NCBI GenBank assembly: GCA_963833425.1
Contig: CAWHXP010000012.1
Location: forward strand, 1-64,000
Reading direction: 5' to 3'
DNA length: 64,000 nt
DNA from: an uncultured Methanosarcinaceae archaeon
Lineage (GTDB): Archaea; Halobacteriota; Methanosarcinia; Methanosarcinales; Methanosarcinaceae
Numbering within the stretch: position 1 is the first letter of the stretch; every line of letters starts with the position of its first letter. The position numbers and the translations under genes were made by a program. Below, in pieces: positions 34,251 through 46,589 of this stretch. Below the pieces are notes generated by a model. It ran no database searches, was not told the origin of the DNA, and saw only the letters and a program-made list of their open reading frames with translations.

Positions 34251-36080
34251 TTATAAATTTTTACTTAAGTCAATTTCATTTGAACTATTGTTAATTGTGA
34301 AATCACTAATTATAAGTTCAATATTTTTCCCATTGGTTGGAGGCTGATTCCAATCCCACAACCATAAATTCATTAAAATATTCGAAGGATGCTGAGGGAT
34401 TCCAGAAACATTTGTATACTTATAATCTGATATAATTTTCCCGTTTTCCTGCAAAGATGTAAATCTTACATATTGGGTTTCCATTCAAGAGTATGCGTTG
34501 TGTTTGTGCCGTCAATGTTTGATGGAACCATATACTGTGTACATTGCCTTTGATTTTATTAGGCTGTACACTATAACTCAGTTGATCTCCGGTTGTCATT
34601 ACCCCATCTTGAAGCTTCAATGTCTAATTCATTATTATCGTCGAAATAAGTGAAAAATCCGACCACACTATTTATATCAAAGGTATAAATAGGTGAAGCT
34701 ACCTTCCATGTGAAAGTACCATAAAGATATTTATGTTGACTATTCAACATCGTACATTTCCATCTATCTTCGTCCTTTACAATTGTTAAATGTAATCCTG
34801 TTTTCGCCATCTATCCATGCACCGGTAGTATTCCAGTAATTATTAATAGGATCTGATTTTCCTTTACTCATATACCAATTTTGCCCTTTCCAATAAATTA
34901 CCCCATGTGAAGGATATTTATTCACTCCTTTATCAACTGTCCATAAACCATTTTCCTTAGTTGCTTGTGTGTAAAACAATGTCCAAATTCCATTAGTATC
35001 TTTCGCAGGGATCCACAGATTCAAAAAATTTCCATCATCACTAAAAACACCTGCACTGCGATCTAATTGAATATCCTTGTATATCGCACATGATGGATCA
35101 CTGATTTGTAGCAGTGGTAAACCTTGAACAGTAAAATTATCCGTGTAGTTATTTGCAGTCGCAAGATACAAATTATCATTACCTACAAATCTAAATAACG
35201 CATATATTGTTGATTTTCCGGGATAATTCATCATATTCATCATCCAGGGTTGATAGTCACTTGATTGACCAATTGCTTGCTTATTGCTAAAATGTACCCC
35301 ATCAGTTGAAGTGTATCTGTATATAACGTGAGGTTCTAGATCTATATCAACTATCCACATATAATAAATTCCTGTGGAATTATCATACAGAACGGATGGC
35401 GAAATTCCATGAGCAGTGACATTCATTTCAGATGAAACAGTACTGCCATCATATGTTCTAACTTTTGGGTCTTCTATAGTTAAGTTACCAACTACATCAC
35501 CAATTACGTAGTAGCACATGAGTTTTCGAGTAATAGGATCATATATGATATCAGGAGAAGACCCATGAGCTTTTGAGTCATACTCAGATACAATAGGCTT
35601 TCCGATAGGATTTGTCACTCCTGACGGTACATGCCAAAGAAGTCCATCATCAGAATAGTACAAACATGCATTTTCATAGGTACTATTCGAATATGGAAAT
35701 GGAGTAATAAGCATCCACCATTTGTGACCAAATACACCTGATGCATTATAATAGACATCAGGATGATTGAACTGGTTAGATCCATATGGGTCGGGTATCG
35801 ATAAAGAAAGTCGATTATTCGTACTGGTATTGAACAACAAATTATTCTGCTGAGGATTATTTTTGGCGACAACATTAATTGGGCCTGTCGAATTAGATGT
35901 TGTTATTTGTTCAGAAGATACTGCTATTGGCAAACTACCACTTGTAGTATCTGATGTGTTTAGGAGAGTACCATTTTCAATTTTATTTTCGTGGGATCTT
36001 TCTCCTGGTAATGCACCTGAAATACAGCCAGAGAAAAGAAGTAATAATGTTATAACAACGATTCCAATTTTAGAAAACAT
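34251..36080 (-). CDS. Lipoprotein with a putative beta-propeller glycoside-hydrolase-like domain and a C-terminal GH16 domain, frameshifted
   Basis: Lipobox 'LLLLFSGC', 'HPDVYY...WWMLITPFPY...YEN..LYYSDDG', then 'YLYGTF.W.V' and the GH16 catalytic pattern 'ELDIE', and 'MNLWL'. Confidence 0.7.
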
Positions 36081-37049
36081 ATCTTATTTTCTCCGTAATG
36101 TACGAATGACTACGCGATGAATTAAAAAACAACGGCAGTAAATCCTTACCTGTATAGATTGAATTAATATAAAGAGGTTCCATATACTTGATTTTATCCC
36201 TCAAAAAAACATATTATTTTTCTCTGAGCTTTGGATTGATTGCAGTCAATGAAAATGAATTGTGAAGCAATTTTTACGATCCCAGAAGATATTAAAACAA
36301 TCTTCCGGATAAAGGCTTTATGGAGCTGATGAAGTATATAAAAACGAGATCGATTTAAATTGAGCATCATAAATTATATTATGAATTCTATTTTACCCAT
36401 TCTCTGAATATATAGCTTGGATTATCTAGTTGAATGTAGAGTATCTAGTTACTACCATCATATAAGACAAATTTAGCATCACGAAATAATAGTACATAAT
36501 CAACATTATTTGCATATTTCGAGCAAAATGCAGATAAGTTTGAGAGTTTTGAAAAATATAAATTCAGAAGTTTACATATTTTTACATATTAAGTCACATC
36601 TTTATCGCATGTACATATTATATGATGATAGGTATATATATTTTATTATATCTGATATATATAATATACTTTATTTTATTCCTATCTGGGACATTTTACT
36701 ACGCATGATATTTATTGCTAAGGCGAAAATTTATTCCTGCAAAAAAAGAACCCTGGAACTTTAGGTCTTATTATTAGTTAAATATAATTTTGTATTGGTT
36801 AAATATAATTTTGAGTCCGGTTAACATTGCAGAAAATTTTCCGCTCACATGCCAAAGATTTATCCTTGGATAAAGCGTGCTGAAGAAGAAGATTTTCTCA
36901 GCCTTGAATGCAAATCTGTGAAGGAGTAGAATCTTTTTTAACAGAAGAACAAATTTCTGATTCAAGGATATACCTTTCAGAGCCAATTTCAAAAAAATAA
37001 TGGTTATTATCGCAGTTTGCAAACAAAAAGACAAAATCTAATTGTCAAT

Positions 37050-37600
37050 TAGAAATTCAATATCTTTTATTCCGAATCAAAAATGATATCCTAGATAAAA
37101 AACAAATGAAAACTCAGATACGAATTATATCTCTTCAATCCAAAAGGAATCTTAAACCCCAATCACCAATTGTCAACAATGAAATATTAGTTCTTTTGTG
37201 GATTCAAATAAATCAAGATGTTGGTTAATCGAGGACGCAAAACCATTAAATTTACGAGTAATTCAAAAGCCAAAATCATTAGTGGGGGATGTTATACTGA
37301 AACCAAGAATTTGATGGGTATATTTATTGCACAGAATACCTACTCTTTTCTAAAATCTTATTTGATTTTGAAAGAGTTACGGGAACAAAGATATTTCTTC
37401 ACTAAACCGAGCCACATGATATAAATTAAAAAATGCAGAGAAATTTATATTGAAACAATAAGCACTTGTTGTAAAGATTATTATACCTCATGTACACCAG
37501 AAAGAAACCAAACCGAATATTGTTGGAAAACGAAAATAAAGATGTTAAAGTCAAGAAGATCATTTAAAAAGATTAAAAAATAGGAGAAAAATTGGATGAT
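37050..37600 (+). pseudogene. IS630-family transposase relic
   Basis: 'RCW..RGRK' and 'SCTPERNQTEYCWK', resembling PYSPELNPIE.W; heavily decayed, boundaries approximate. Confidence 0.5.
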
Positions 37601-38537
37601 TTTGGGAAAAATATACACTCAAACATAAAACGTTGCTTAATTCAAAATACTGAATATAATTGATGAAAACGATGCAAGAATTCTACTTCAGAATTCTACA
37701 ATATTGAATTTTCTAGAGGCTATTACAAAGAAATGGAATTAAAATGTTTGGATGATTTTTTTATAACTACTGAAGAATAAGTGTAAATAAATAAGTAATA
37801 ACAATTAAACCACAGCAAATCTGGACTACTGATCAATTAATAAAAGTTATATATTTTAATGTTATATGACGTATGTGAGGTACTTGTAATATGGATACTG
37901 TTACTGCTACATCTTGGATTGATGTGTTAATAAGTATTATTGTTATTAGTGGTCTATTTGGTGTTCTTGCTAATATTGTTTATTTTTATGATGAAGGGCA
38001 TTAGATTTTCCAAAACAAAAGATTACAAATTCAACAACTAGAATAAGTTACTGGAAGCTGTAAACAATAGCTTCCTTTTAAAATGTGAACAACAAAGTAG
38101 ACGAATCCATCATATGTATGTTTAAACAATAGCTATGAAAGCAACATGATGGCGCTTGCTGTATAGTTAGTCCTTTAACTCATCTGATGTGGCCAAGTGT
38201 TTTCTGTCTAAACATTATCCTGCAACACTCGGTAATGTGTTAATTTGAATCAGATTCTTATGATGTTATCCTCTCATAATTTGGCAAAGTATGATGGTGT
38301 TCACAAATTTTGACGCATATAACTTATCGATAAAATTCACTAATTATGTACGCTTTTTACTTAATATACACGTACATCTGACAACCAGATCAGACATATT
38401 CATGAGTTGTTGAAAATCGTAATCATATGACTGTTGACATTTTTTTTTCGAGGATGGTAGATATTCAGAGTTTCGTAAATTTACACAAATGTAGAATTTG
38501 TTCGACGAGTTGTTCATTAAATCCATTTAAGATCAAT

Positions 38538-38621
38538 AGAATTTCGATAAATCACTGATTTCAAGAGTTATTCAAATATTTATGTGAATATGACGAAATT
38601 TAGGGACTTGTCGAAATTTTC
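38538..38621. mobile_element. ~85-bp MITE with IS5-type TIRs
   Basis: AGAATTTCGATAAATC ... GACTTGTCGAAATTTTC. Confidence 0.6.
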
Positions 38622-38671
38622 AAGATTTACTTTTGAGATAGTTCTAAATTAATTTAAATCATTTATTTAAA

Positions 38672-39060
38672 TCATAATAAACTATGTATATAATATGTGT
38701 TGGTATCGCCGTTTGAATATAGCCTATCAACTGAAACATATTCCTCCAATTTTTTAAAATCATTTTGATGAAATCTTCCAACAACATTCCAGACAGTTTC
38801 ATAAACTATTTTGTCAAACATTGCCATCATGAAATATTCGTTCCGAGTATAAGAATTCCCAAGGCTATTGGAGATGGTATAATTAAAATGATCCTTAATA
38901 TTCGCCTCTTTATAAGAAGACCAAAACAACTTTCCAGCTTCAACATAGCCCAATGAACCTGTTAAAAAATCTGTATACTGGACTCATTATATACACACTA
39001 TTAATAGCAGAATTTTTGAAATTTAAGAACCATTCAGCCCCATTCATATTCATTTTATGC
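38672..39060 (-). pseudogene. C-terminal fragment of an archaeal multipass membrane protein ending '..LYSNG..Y'
   Basis: 'MNGAEWFL' upstream and 'VDRLYSNGDTNTYY' at the C-terminus; no intact N-terminus seen. Confidence 0.4.
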
Positions 39061-39369
39061 TCATCAATTTTTGAGATAAGTTCCCTGTTAAAAAATTCAG
39101 CTCTTTGCTGCTTTGTGTAGGTTGAAAATAATTTCTAGTTGAAAAGACCAAGTGTAGAGAAAATGTAGAATACGAAGGTGATTTCCCACACCAAATATTT
39201 TCAGAGTATAATATATACATTTTGTCGTATATTCAAATCGACTCTAAACTTATTATTCAAAATAGTGAAAATCCTGATTTTCCTTATTTGTTACTCTTGA
39301 GAATTTTAATGTAAAAATTCTGTCATCGTTTATTTTTATAATTTTCTCTTATTTACTTTCCCACATATT

Positions 39370-39660
39370 CTTCAAGGACCAAAACCCAAGAAATGAGATC
39401 TTATCATAAAACAGAAGTTGTTTAAAAGAATATAGGATATTTTGGAATAAAATTAAAAGTTCATGATACAATCATGAAAAGAGTAGTAAAAGAAAATCCT
39501 CTGGCTTTTTGTGGTATCGTAAGAAATAAAAGAATCAAAAGAATCATCTTAAAAAAATATGGTGAAAAATTTACGCAGTGGTTAAAAAGCTAATCAAAGC
39601 AGGAAAAATTCTTGTCACTACTGTTTAAAAAATGAAGCCGAAGATGTAGTTTATGTATTC
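39370..39660 (+). pseudogene. Old IS5-family transposase fragment
   Basis: Decayed 'GYFG...TIMKRVVK...RNKRI...KAGKILVTTV', homologous to the two IS5 copies. Confidence 0.6.
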
Positions 39661-39702
39661 ATTTCATATTCTCTATTTATAAGGCTATCAGAATGGTTAT
39701 AA

Positions 39703-40065
39703 TTATTTGCCCAAATAAGTTTTTATTCCTACTAAAATAAGAAATGCTCCAAAAAACTTCCTCATTAAATCCATAGGAAGCATATTTGCAAATTGCGCTC
39801 CAAACTTTGCACAAATAACCATAGTGATACAAATAATTATCCCTGCATACAAATCAGCATTACCTCTTTTATAATATTCAAAAAATGCAAGTATGCCAAC
39901 CGGCGGAAGCAGTGCGATTAAAGAAGTTCCCTGAGCTTTTAATTGAGAAAATCCTATTAAATATACTAGTGCTGGAATAATAATCACCCCACCACCAATC
40001 CCAAAGAAGCCACTGAAAATACCTGCAATTATACCAATAATTAAATAAATTATTAAATCGATCAT
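39703..40065 (-). CDS. TauE/SafE (sulfite exporter) family membrane protein
   Basis: 'GIIAGIFSGFFGIGGGVIIIPAL' and 'AQGTSL'. Confidence 0.88.
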   Translation of the reverse strand: MIDLIIYLIIGIIAGIFSGFFGIGGGVIIIPALVYLIGFSQLKAQGTSLIALLPPVGILAFFEYYKRGNADLYAGIIICITMVICAKFGAQFANMLPMDLMRKFFGAFLILVGIKTYLGK

Positions 40066-40360
40066 AAAGTTCCATCTCAAATATAATTTATAATAAAGTG
40101 TATAAAGCTTTAGGATAGCTTTTTTAAACTACTATAGTTTCTATTCTGATAATTGAATGAAAGTGCTGTCGCCAATAAAACTTTAAAAATATTGAAGATT
40201 GCAAGAAGCTACTAATTTTTGTCACATGCTCATATAGCATATGAGAATGATTCGAGCAAATCAGAGATTTATTGGAAATTTTCTATTGTCTAGAATTACA
40301 TCCATTATGATACCTTTCTCAAATTTAGTTCATTATACAATTTTATCGAGATTTATTTAT

Positions 40361-40448
40361 AGAGATTTTAGATAAAAATTAATTTTTGATTGGTTTTTAT
40401 AGGATTATATAGCAATTTGTTTCAACATAAAATTTATCGAAATAAACT
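40361..40448. mobile_element. ~88-bp MITE with IS5-type TIRs; a more degenerate copy may lie at ~40263-40354
   Basis: AGAGATTTTAGATAAA ... TTTATCGAAATAAACT. Confidence 0.5.
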
Positions 40449-40939
40449 ACATCATAGATAACATATCAAGAAATTATTTAGAATAATATATATCAGATGT
40501 GTGTAATATATAACCTAGTAATTTTATAAAGGATTAAACTATGTTGCCCATTATAGTTAAATAAGAATAAAAAAAGACCTACTTTTGAAATTACCGATTC
40601 CGAGTTATTGTGGCATAATTTTGAGGAACAGTAGTTCCTTATCTTTTTCTAGACATTTAAACACATAAAATTCTCATGGCAAGTCCTATAAGGGGAAAAT
40701 AGCTTTTTGTATAGTTTCGATGATAGAGTTCTTTTAGGCATTGTATATTAGAAAATGAAAATGCCTGTTGAAGATCTATTTTTGATACTTACCACTTGGC
40801 TCTATGTCTGATATTTTATTCCTGAAAACCAAATATTTCTTTGCAAAGAAATGTATTTGTAGCTAGGCAAGGCAACTGTTTAGCAAAGAATGCATAGAGC
40901 ATTCATTGTACCAAACTTTGAAAAAACATCACCCATTTA

Positions 40940-41908
40940 TCAGTCAATTTTTTTTTTGAGTTTTTCCCATATCTTAAATCCTCCATAATAGAATAGGCAC
41001 AAAAATCCTATTACACTACTGACACCATAAGAAATTAAACGCTCCAAAAAAACGAAACTGCCTGCAGATGCTAAAGGTAACCCAGAATATAGAAGTAGAG
41101 AAATCAGACCACCTTCGATTATTCCAAGACCTCCGGGAGTTAATGGTAGGAGTCCTAAAAGGAAGGACAGGATTGAGACTGTTATAATAAGATTTATGGA
41201 TAGATGAATATTAAGAGCTAAAGCAACCAATTTAAGACGTAGTATATCCAGGATCCAAACCCCACAAGATAGAAGGAAAACAGATGTAAAAGATTTTTTA
41301 AGTTGTTTCCAATTTTTCTGCAAATTTTTAAGGAGGGCAGCAAACTTTGCTCGAAAAAACCTTATTGTAATCCCTGCTGCTAGGAAAACTAAGAGCATTA
41401 AATGTGTTGAGCTTAAAGTTAAACTACTTATTAGAGGTAGGAATTTAATATTAAAAGAGGGGAATGAGTACAGAACATAGATTAATAAAAGCGCAATCGG
41501 TATCGCTTCAACTAGTCTTTCGAAGAGGATTGTTTTGAAAGCGTTAGTATAGCTTATCCCAAATAGTTTGTTGGCCCAAAGTATCCTGAGAGGCTCTCCA
41601 CCGGTCATATTTGCCGGAGTAACGTTATTCATGAATATCGCTCCAAAATAAATGGGGACTAGACATGTGGCTTTTAGATTGTAACCAATACAAAAAAGAA
41701 CCTTCTGCCAGCGAACCGCAAATAAGTACACGCTCAGCAAGTAAACTAAGACAGCCGGAACAACATAGCGTATTCGAGCTTCTTGGAATGTTCTTAAGAT
41801 TTCTTCCAGAATAGGTATGATATCCATCCAGTAAGTATGGACCAGAAGCACCCCTGCTGTGAGCAGTAAAAGGACTGCGATGGCTTTTACCAAGGTTCCC
41901 ATGTTCAA
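40940..41908 (-). CDS. Lysylphosphatidylglycerol-synthase TM / UPF0104 (flippase-like) protein
   Basis: 'RW', 'NNVTPA..GGEPLR', 'FERLVE', 'PLTPGGLGIIEG' and 'ERLISY'. Confidence 0.88.
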   Translation of the reverse strand: MNMGTLVKAIAVLLLLTAGVLLVHTYWMDIIPILEEILRTFQEARIRYVVPAVLVYLLSVYLFAVRWQKVLFCIGYNLKATCLVPIYFGAIFMNNVTPANMTGGEPLRILWANKLFGISYTNAFKTILFERLVEAIPIALLLIYVLYSFPSFNIKFLPLISSLTLSSTHLMLLVFLAAGITIRFFRAKFAALLKNLQKNWKQLKKSFTSVFLLSCGVWILDILRLKLVALALNIHLSINLIITVSILSFLLGLLPLTPGGLGIIEGGLISLLLYSGLPLASAGSFVFLERLISYGVSSVIGFLCLFYYGGFKIWEKLKKKID

Positions 41909-43199
41909 AAATATACCTCACAAGATTCAGAGTGGGATTTTATTGTAAGTAAATATTTCCATTTGGTCCTCCCCATAATTTGCTTTTTGGATCCTTTATC
42001 TCGAATAATCCAATCGAGTTTAGATCATTAAAGCAATCCTGGAAATTATTAACTATCTGGAATAAAATAGCTTTGGAAATGAGCTCATTCAGAGATTTCC
42101 TGCCACCGTTCATGATATCAAATTTACATTATTAATGTACTTAGCCGGGGTTATTAAAGAGAAATGGAAAATAAAGGAAAATGTCGTTAATAGTTTCAAT
42201 TTGTTGTAGTTCTGAAGAGTCACTCCAATTAATTCACAATTCTTCCTCAATAATTCACAAGAAAAAGACTTTATCCATACATCTTGATTATTTTATTATA
42301 AGCGCTTTTAGAGAATTCAATATTGCAGAATTATTAAATAAAAATTATCCATAATTTCCTAAACTATTTTGTGATTTTTTTTGTCTGATTATATTTTAGA
42401 ATTTCGATATCTATTAGTTAACAAATCCGCGCTTGAGTTCTATCTCGATTAAATTTTGTTAAGTAATTCAGGAGTAATTTTGATGGAATATTGCATAATG
42501 CTCCAGTTCCGTCTGTTACTAATCAAATCATGTCCTCACTGATACAGATTTCATGATATGCTGTAATCCCATAAATGACTTTAATAAATTGATATTATAC
42601 ATAATATATGTATATTACAAAGAAATAGAGTTCTTATATGGAGTATTTAAAACATATTCGTAGCTTATAAACCTTTTTAACATGCATCGGGCATTCCATG
42701 GATATACACATATGTATAATTTGTTTGTCCACTTGCCTACATTTACTCCTGGAATTTAAATTAATTTTTAAACCGCCGTAATATTGAGAAAATCAATGAA
42801 ATTTCCATATATGTTCTGCAGAAAGTTAGAAATCTACCTCAAAATCAAGTTAAGATATCGAAATGATATCTTTCCTGATTAAAGGAAAAAAGCAGAAAAT
42901 AATTCATAATAAAATCTATATTTGCAGTAATATAATAATTTCTTTGAAAAAAATTACTTTAAAATATCATATTTTAAGTTTTCGTTAGTATCCTAATAAT
43001 CATGATTTTGTTGCATTATTCGAGTATAAATTTGTATCATACGACTTTAATTCTCAAAATTGAATCCTGAATAAAAACAAAAAAGAATTTCAATAAACAT
43101 CTAATTTTCAATAGCCATTGCATAATATAGCATTTATAAGCATATGACAAAATCGAGGGTTTATCAGAATTTTCAAAAGTATGTTCATAAACAAAGAAT

Positions 43200-44540
43200 C
43201 AGATAAAATATGGAGAGAATTATTTAATAGAAACAATTCAATATTAAATGTTTCTAAAAGTATTTGCCACGTATCTTCTATGCTCGCGGGGAAGTTAAAC
43301 ATATTGCATTTGAAGTTTTGACCTAACTCACAAACATCATGTTCAAACTCTCGATCGTCCATACCACTAAATATCCTGCTCGAGATAATATAGTGGAAGA
43401 TACGTTAGATCTTTGAAAGCGCCTGTAGAAAGATGATCCTCTGTCAAACGTTCTACGTGTAAAAATATCAATACCATAAGAGGTCTACCATATGTTCAAT
43501 GGTATATAATCAATTAAGCTCCTCTGCCACTTGCACGAAGATCGACCAAATCAGAAATCTGTGAGACTGGTATCAGGATCATATACGATAAATTAGTGCC
43601 CCTGGATTTAAAGACTAGGTGGACCTTTTGGAGAGGGGGTAAGAAATTGTTGCCAACTGAGATGATTCACAAATGATCAAGAATCACCAAGGAATAAGGA
43701 TTTTTTGAGGAATGGAAGAGTGTTGTTGTTAAGTGGAAGAACTTTAGAGTTACATGAAAAAATAGATGTGCTTCGAATGAGGGACTGATGGTAGATCGGA
43801 TTAATGACCCTTCTGAAGGTTATTTCCGAGTGAATTATAAGGAGCTTACAATTGCAGAATATTTACTGGATAATGAATATAGTGATGTTCTACAGCTGAT
43901 CGAGTAATATTTCCTGGTGCATCCTGCCCAGGTCGGAGGTGTTCTGTTTAATTGGACAGATACCATCCTTTGGCTATCAGCCAGGTAGCGGACACCAAGT
44001 TATTGGATCTTGAAGATCACATTTTTAACATCGATGCCGAAGCTAACGTCCATCCGAGCTATGCATGTACCATCTGACTATCTTAAAGATCATTCAGCTA
44101 TGTACACATTCTCACATCTCTTAAAATCTATTATTTATAGCACAAAATAGCAATTTCGAGTCTTTCTAGGTAATTGACTAAATGAAACCAAGTTCCGAAA
44201 TGGACATTAGAGAATTATCTTCTAACTCAAGAAATTCAGCAAATGCTCGCACAATATTCAGAACTTAAGGATATTATCTCTAGGCTTGGTACGGTATAAC
44301 TGTCGCAGGATGACAGCAATGCAATCTCCTGCACTTGTTGGCTGGGAGTTGCCTCAAGCAGTCGTTTTCACAACCTAGCATTTTTTTCATAGGCATAAAA
44401 GAAAATTTGTCGCCTCTTGGCGCTCTCGAAAGCTGTGAGTGGATCCTGTGCGATGAATTCAAAGACCAACACGGCAGATGAGATCTATATGATCGGAATG
44501 ATTGATGAAGCAATAGCCAAAAAAACTAAGTTGGGTAGAT
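43200..44540 (+). pseudogene. atpD: Heavily decayed N-ATPase beta subunit gene
   Basis: Colinear relic peptides: 'LKAPV', 'RRSTKSEICETGIR', 'TEMIH', 'NDPSEGYFRV..LTIAEY', 'GQIPS.GYQP', 'HVPSD...TFSHL', 'LAQYSELKDII', 'CE.ILCDEFKD' and 'LYMIGMIDEA'. Many stops; P-loop destroyed. Confidence 0.85.
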
Positions 44541-44541
44541 C

Positions 44542-44947
44542 ATGAGATCAATATTGATGAATCTTAAAATTATTCTACCGTTCCAGATATTCACCGAAAG
44601 GAAGAGCGTATCACGCATAGTTGCAGAAGCTCTTGAGGGGTTCATTTGGGCTCCTCCCACAAAGACTCGATTGTGTCATGGCTTTAGAGCCTGGTATTTT
44701 CATCTATGAAACCGAAGCAGAAGGTGAGGTTTATGTGGCTGTCGATGAAGGTGTACTAATCAAGACTGGTCAGAAAGTGCTAGTTTCAGTTCGCAACGCC
44801 ATTATCGGAACAAACTTAAGCCAATTGAGGGAGGCGGTGGAGAGAGAGTTTTTGACCCTGGACAAGAGCGAAGAAAAAATACGCTCAGTGATGGCAAAAT
44901 TGGAAAGCGAGCTTGTAAGTCGCTTAGTGGAGTTTCATAATGATTGA
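44542..44947 (+). CDS. atpC: N-ATPase epsilon subunit, frameshift at ~44640
   Basis: 'MNLKIILPF...RIVAE / GSFGLLPQRLDCVMALEPGI...VAVDEGVLIKTG..VLVSVRNA'. Confidence 0.9.
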
Positions 44948-45278
44948 CGAGCTAAAAATGAAAGAATCGAGGAATAAACAGACCTTAGCCAATCAGGTTG
45001 GAACAAAAGCTGAACGCAAACTCAGGGCGCAACGTAACGTGACTCGAACTGTTTGGCTTGGTTTAGGCATGATGGGGCTTATCGGTTGGTCTGTGACAAT
45101 TCCAACTCTTCTTGGTGCTGCAGTCGGTCTATGGTTGGACAAGCACTATCCAGTGAGCTTTTCCTGGACGCTTACGATGCTGCTTATCGGCCTGTTTATA
45201 GGGTGCATTAATGCATGGCATTGGGTGACTAAGGAACATCACGAAATGCAACAGGAACAGGAGGAGAACAATGAATGA
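44940..45278 (+). CDS. atpQ: N-ATPase AtpQ (AtpZ/AtpI family)
   Basis: 'KAERKLRAQR...WLGLGMMGLIGWSV.IPTLLG..GLWLD...SWTL...NAWHWV'. Confidence 0.85.
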   Translation: MIDELKMKESRNKQTLANQVGTKAERKLRAQRNVTRTVWLGLGMMGLIGWSVTIPTLLGAAVGLWLDKHYPVSFSWTLTMLLIGLFIGCINAWHWVTKEHHEMQQEQEENNE

Positions 45279-45560
45279 AACTTTGAATTTTGTCTCGGCT
45301 CTGGTAGAAGGCTTTTTGTTAGGAGCAATTTTCTTCGCCGGCCTTTGGTGGACTGTTCAGGAGGGGCCTTCGTCCAACAGACCTGCACTTCGGTTCCTCG
45401 GCAGCCTATTGCTACGGACTAGCTGCCTCAGTAGCTGGATTTTATTTTGTTTCAGGTGGCCATTGGGAAAGGTTGTTGATGTGCCTACTTGGGTTCTTTA
45501 TTGTGCGTTATATTGTAATGAGACTCATCAGACTTCCGGAGAAAGAATCGAATCAATTGA
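45271..45560 (+). CDS. atpR: N-ATPase AtpR, frameshifted; 3' end approximate
   Basis: 'GFLLGAIFFAGLWWTV...FLGSLLLR', then 'WERLLMCLLGFFIVR' in another frame. Confidence 0.8.
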
Positions 45561-45575
45561 CAAAGGAGGCAAATC

Positions 45576-46265
45576 ATGCGACTTAGTCCTGATGAGTTGA
45601 TTTTTTGGCAGTATGGTTTTATCAAACTCAACGCCACTATTGTGTACACATGGGGACTGATGCTCATAATGATAGTCGGTTCAAAAATAATTACACGAAA
45701 ACTTTCCACTGGTCTGAAGCGTTCCATTTGGCAGAATTTTCTAGAAATCATTGTCACGACAATTTTGAGTCAAATTGAGGAAGTAGGGTTGAGTCAGCCG
45801 CGGAAATATCTTGGCTTTCTGGGCACACTATTTCTGTTCCTAGCCGTAGCCACTTTATGCACTATTATTCCTGGCTATGAGCCCCCGACAGGATCGTTAT
45901 CAACCACTGCGGCGCTCGCATTAAGTGTATTTGTGGCCGTGCCGATCTTTGGTATAGAAGAGCAGGGGGTTGGCGAATACCTCAGATCATACACGGAGCC
46001 GACATTGATCATGCTACCATTTAATATCATCAGTGAAATTTCCCGCACGCTAGCTCTGGCGATCCGTCTGTTTGGTAATATGATGAGTGGGACGATGATT
46101 ATTGCCATTTTATTGACCATTACGCCATTTTTCTTTCCTATTTTTATGACTGCTCTCGGTCTGCTCACTGGAATGGTGCAAGCGTACATCTTCAGTATCT
46201 TGGCCACAGTTTACATCGCTGCTGCCACGCGCACCCACAAAGCAAAGCCTGAAAATGGAGAATAA
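45576..46265 (+). CDS. atpB: ATP synthase subunit a (N-type)
   Basis: 'SEISRTLALAIRLFGNMMSG' and 'LLTGMVQAYIFSILA'; intact ORF. Confidence 0.95.
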   Translation: MRLSPDELIFWQYGFIKLNATIVYTWGLMLIMIVGSKIITRKLSTGLKRSIWQNFLEIIVTTILSQIEEVGLSQPRKYLGFLGTLFLFLAVATLCTIIPGYEPPTGSLSTTAALALSVFVAVPIFGIEEQGVGEYLRSYTEPTLIMLPFNIISEISRTLALAIRLFGNMMSGTMIIAILLTITPFFFPIFMTALGLLTGMVQAYIFSILATVYIAAATRTHKAKPENGE

Positions 46266-46298
46266 AAATTGGAGTTATATCAATAGAAGGGAATATTT

Positions 46299-46568
46299 AT
46301 GGATACTTATATGACTACAATTGCGGTGGCATCAATTGTCACTTCCGGCATCACGATCAGTATCGGAGTAATTGGACCAGCAATTAGCGAAGGGCGAGCT
46401 GTCGCGACAGCGCTGAGTTCACTGGCACAACAACCCGATGCTTCCACGACCATCACTCGGACTCTATTCGTGGGCTTGGCTATGATCGAGTCCTTGTCGA
46501 TTTATTGTTTCGTGGTCTCGATGATTCTTATCTTCGCCAATCCTTTCTGGAACCGCGCAATTGTCTAA
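46299..46568 (+). CDS. atpE: ATP synthase subunit c (N-type)
   Basis: 'GPAISEG', 'AQQP' and 'FVGLAMIESLSIY', with a Glu in each helix. Confidence 0.95.
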   Translation: MDTYMTTIAVASIVTSGITISIGVIGPAISEGRAVATALSSLAQQPDASTTITRTLFVGLAMIESLSIYCFVVSMILIFANPFWNRAIV

Positions 46569-46589
46569 GCAACAGAGGAAAGTCAGCTT

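Noticed and set aside
43108..43362. Minus-strand 84-aa ORF
   Set aside because: It is antisense to the atpD relic and has no recognisable motif.
43595..43625. Possible IS605-type end hairpin
   Set aside because: It falls in the atpD relic ('LVPL..' just before the P-loop).
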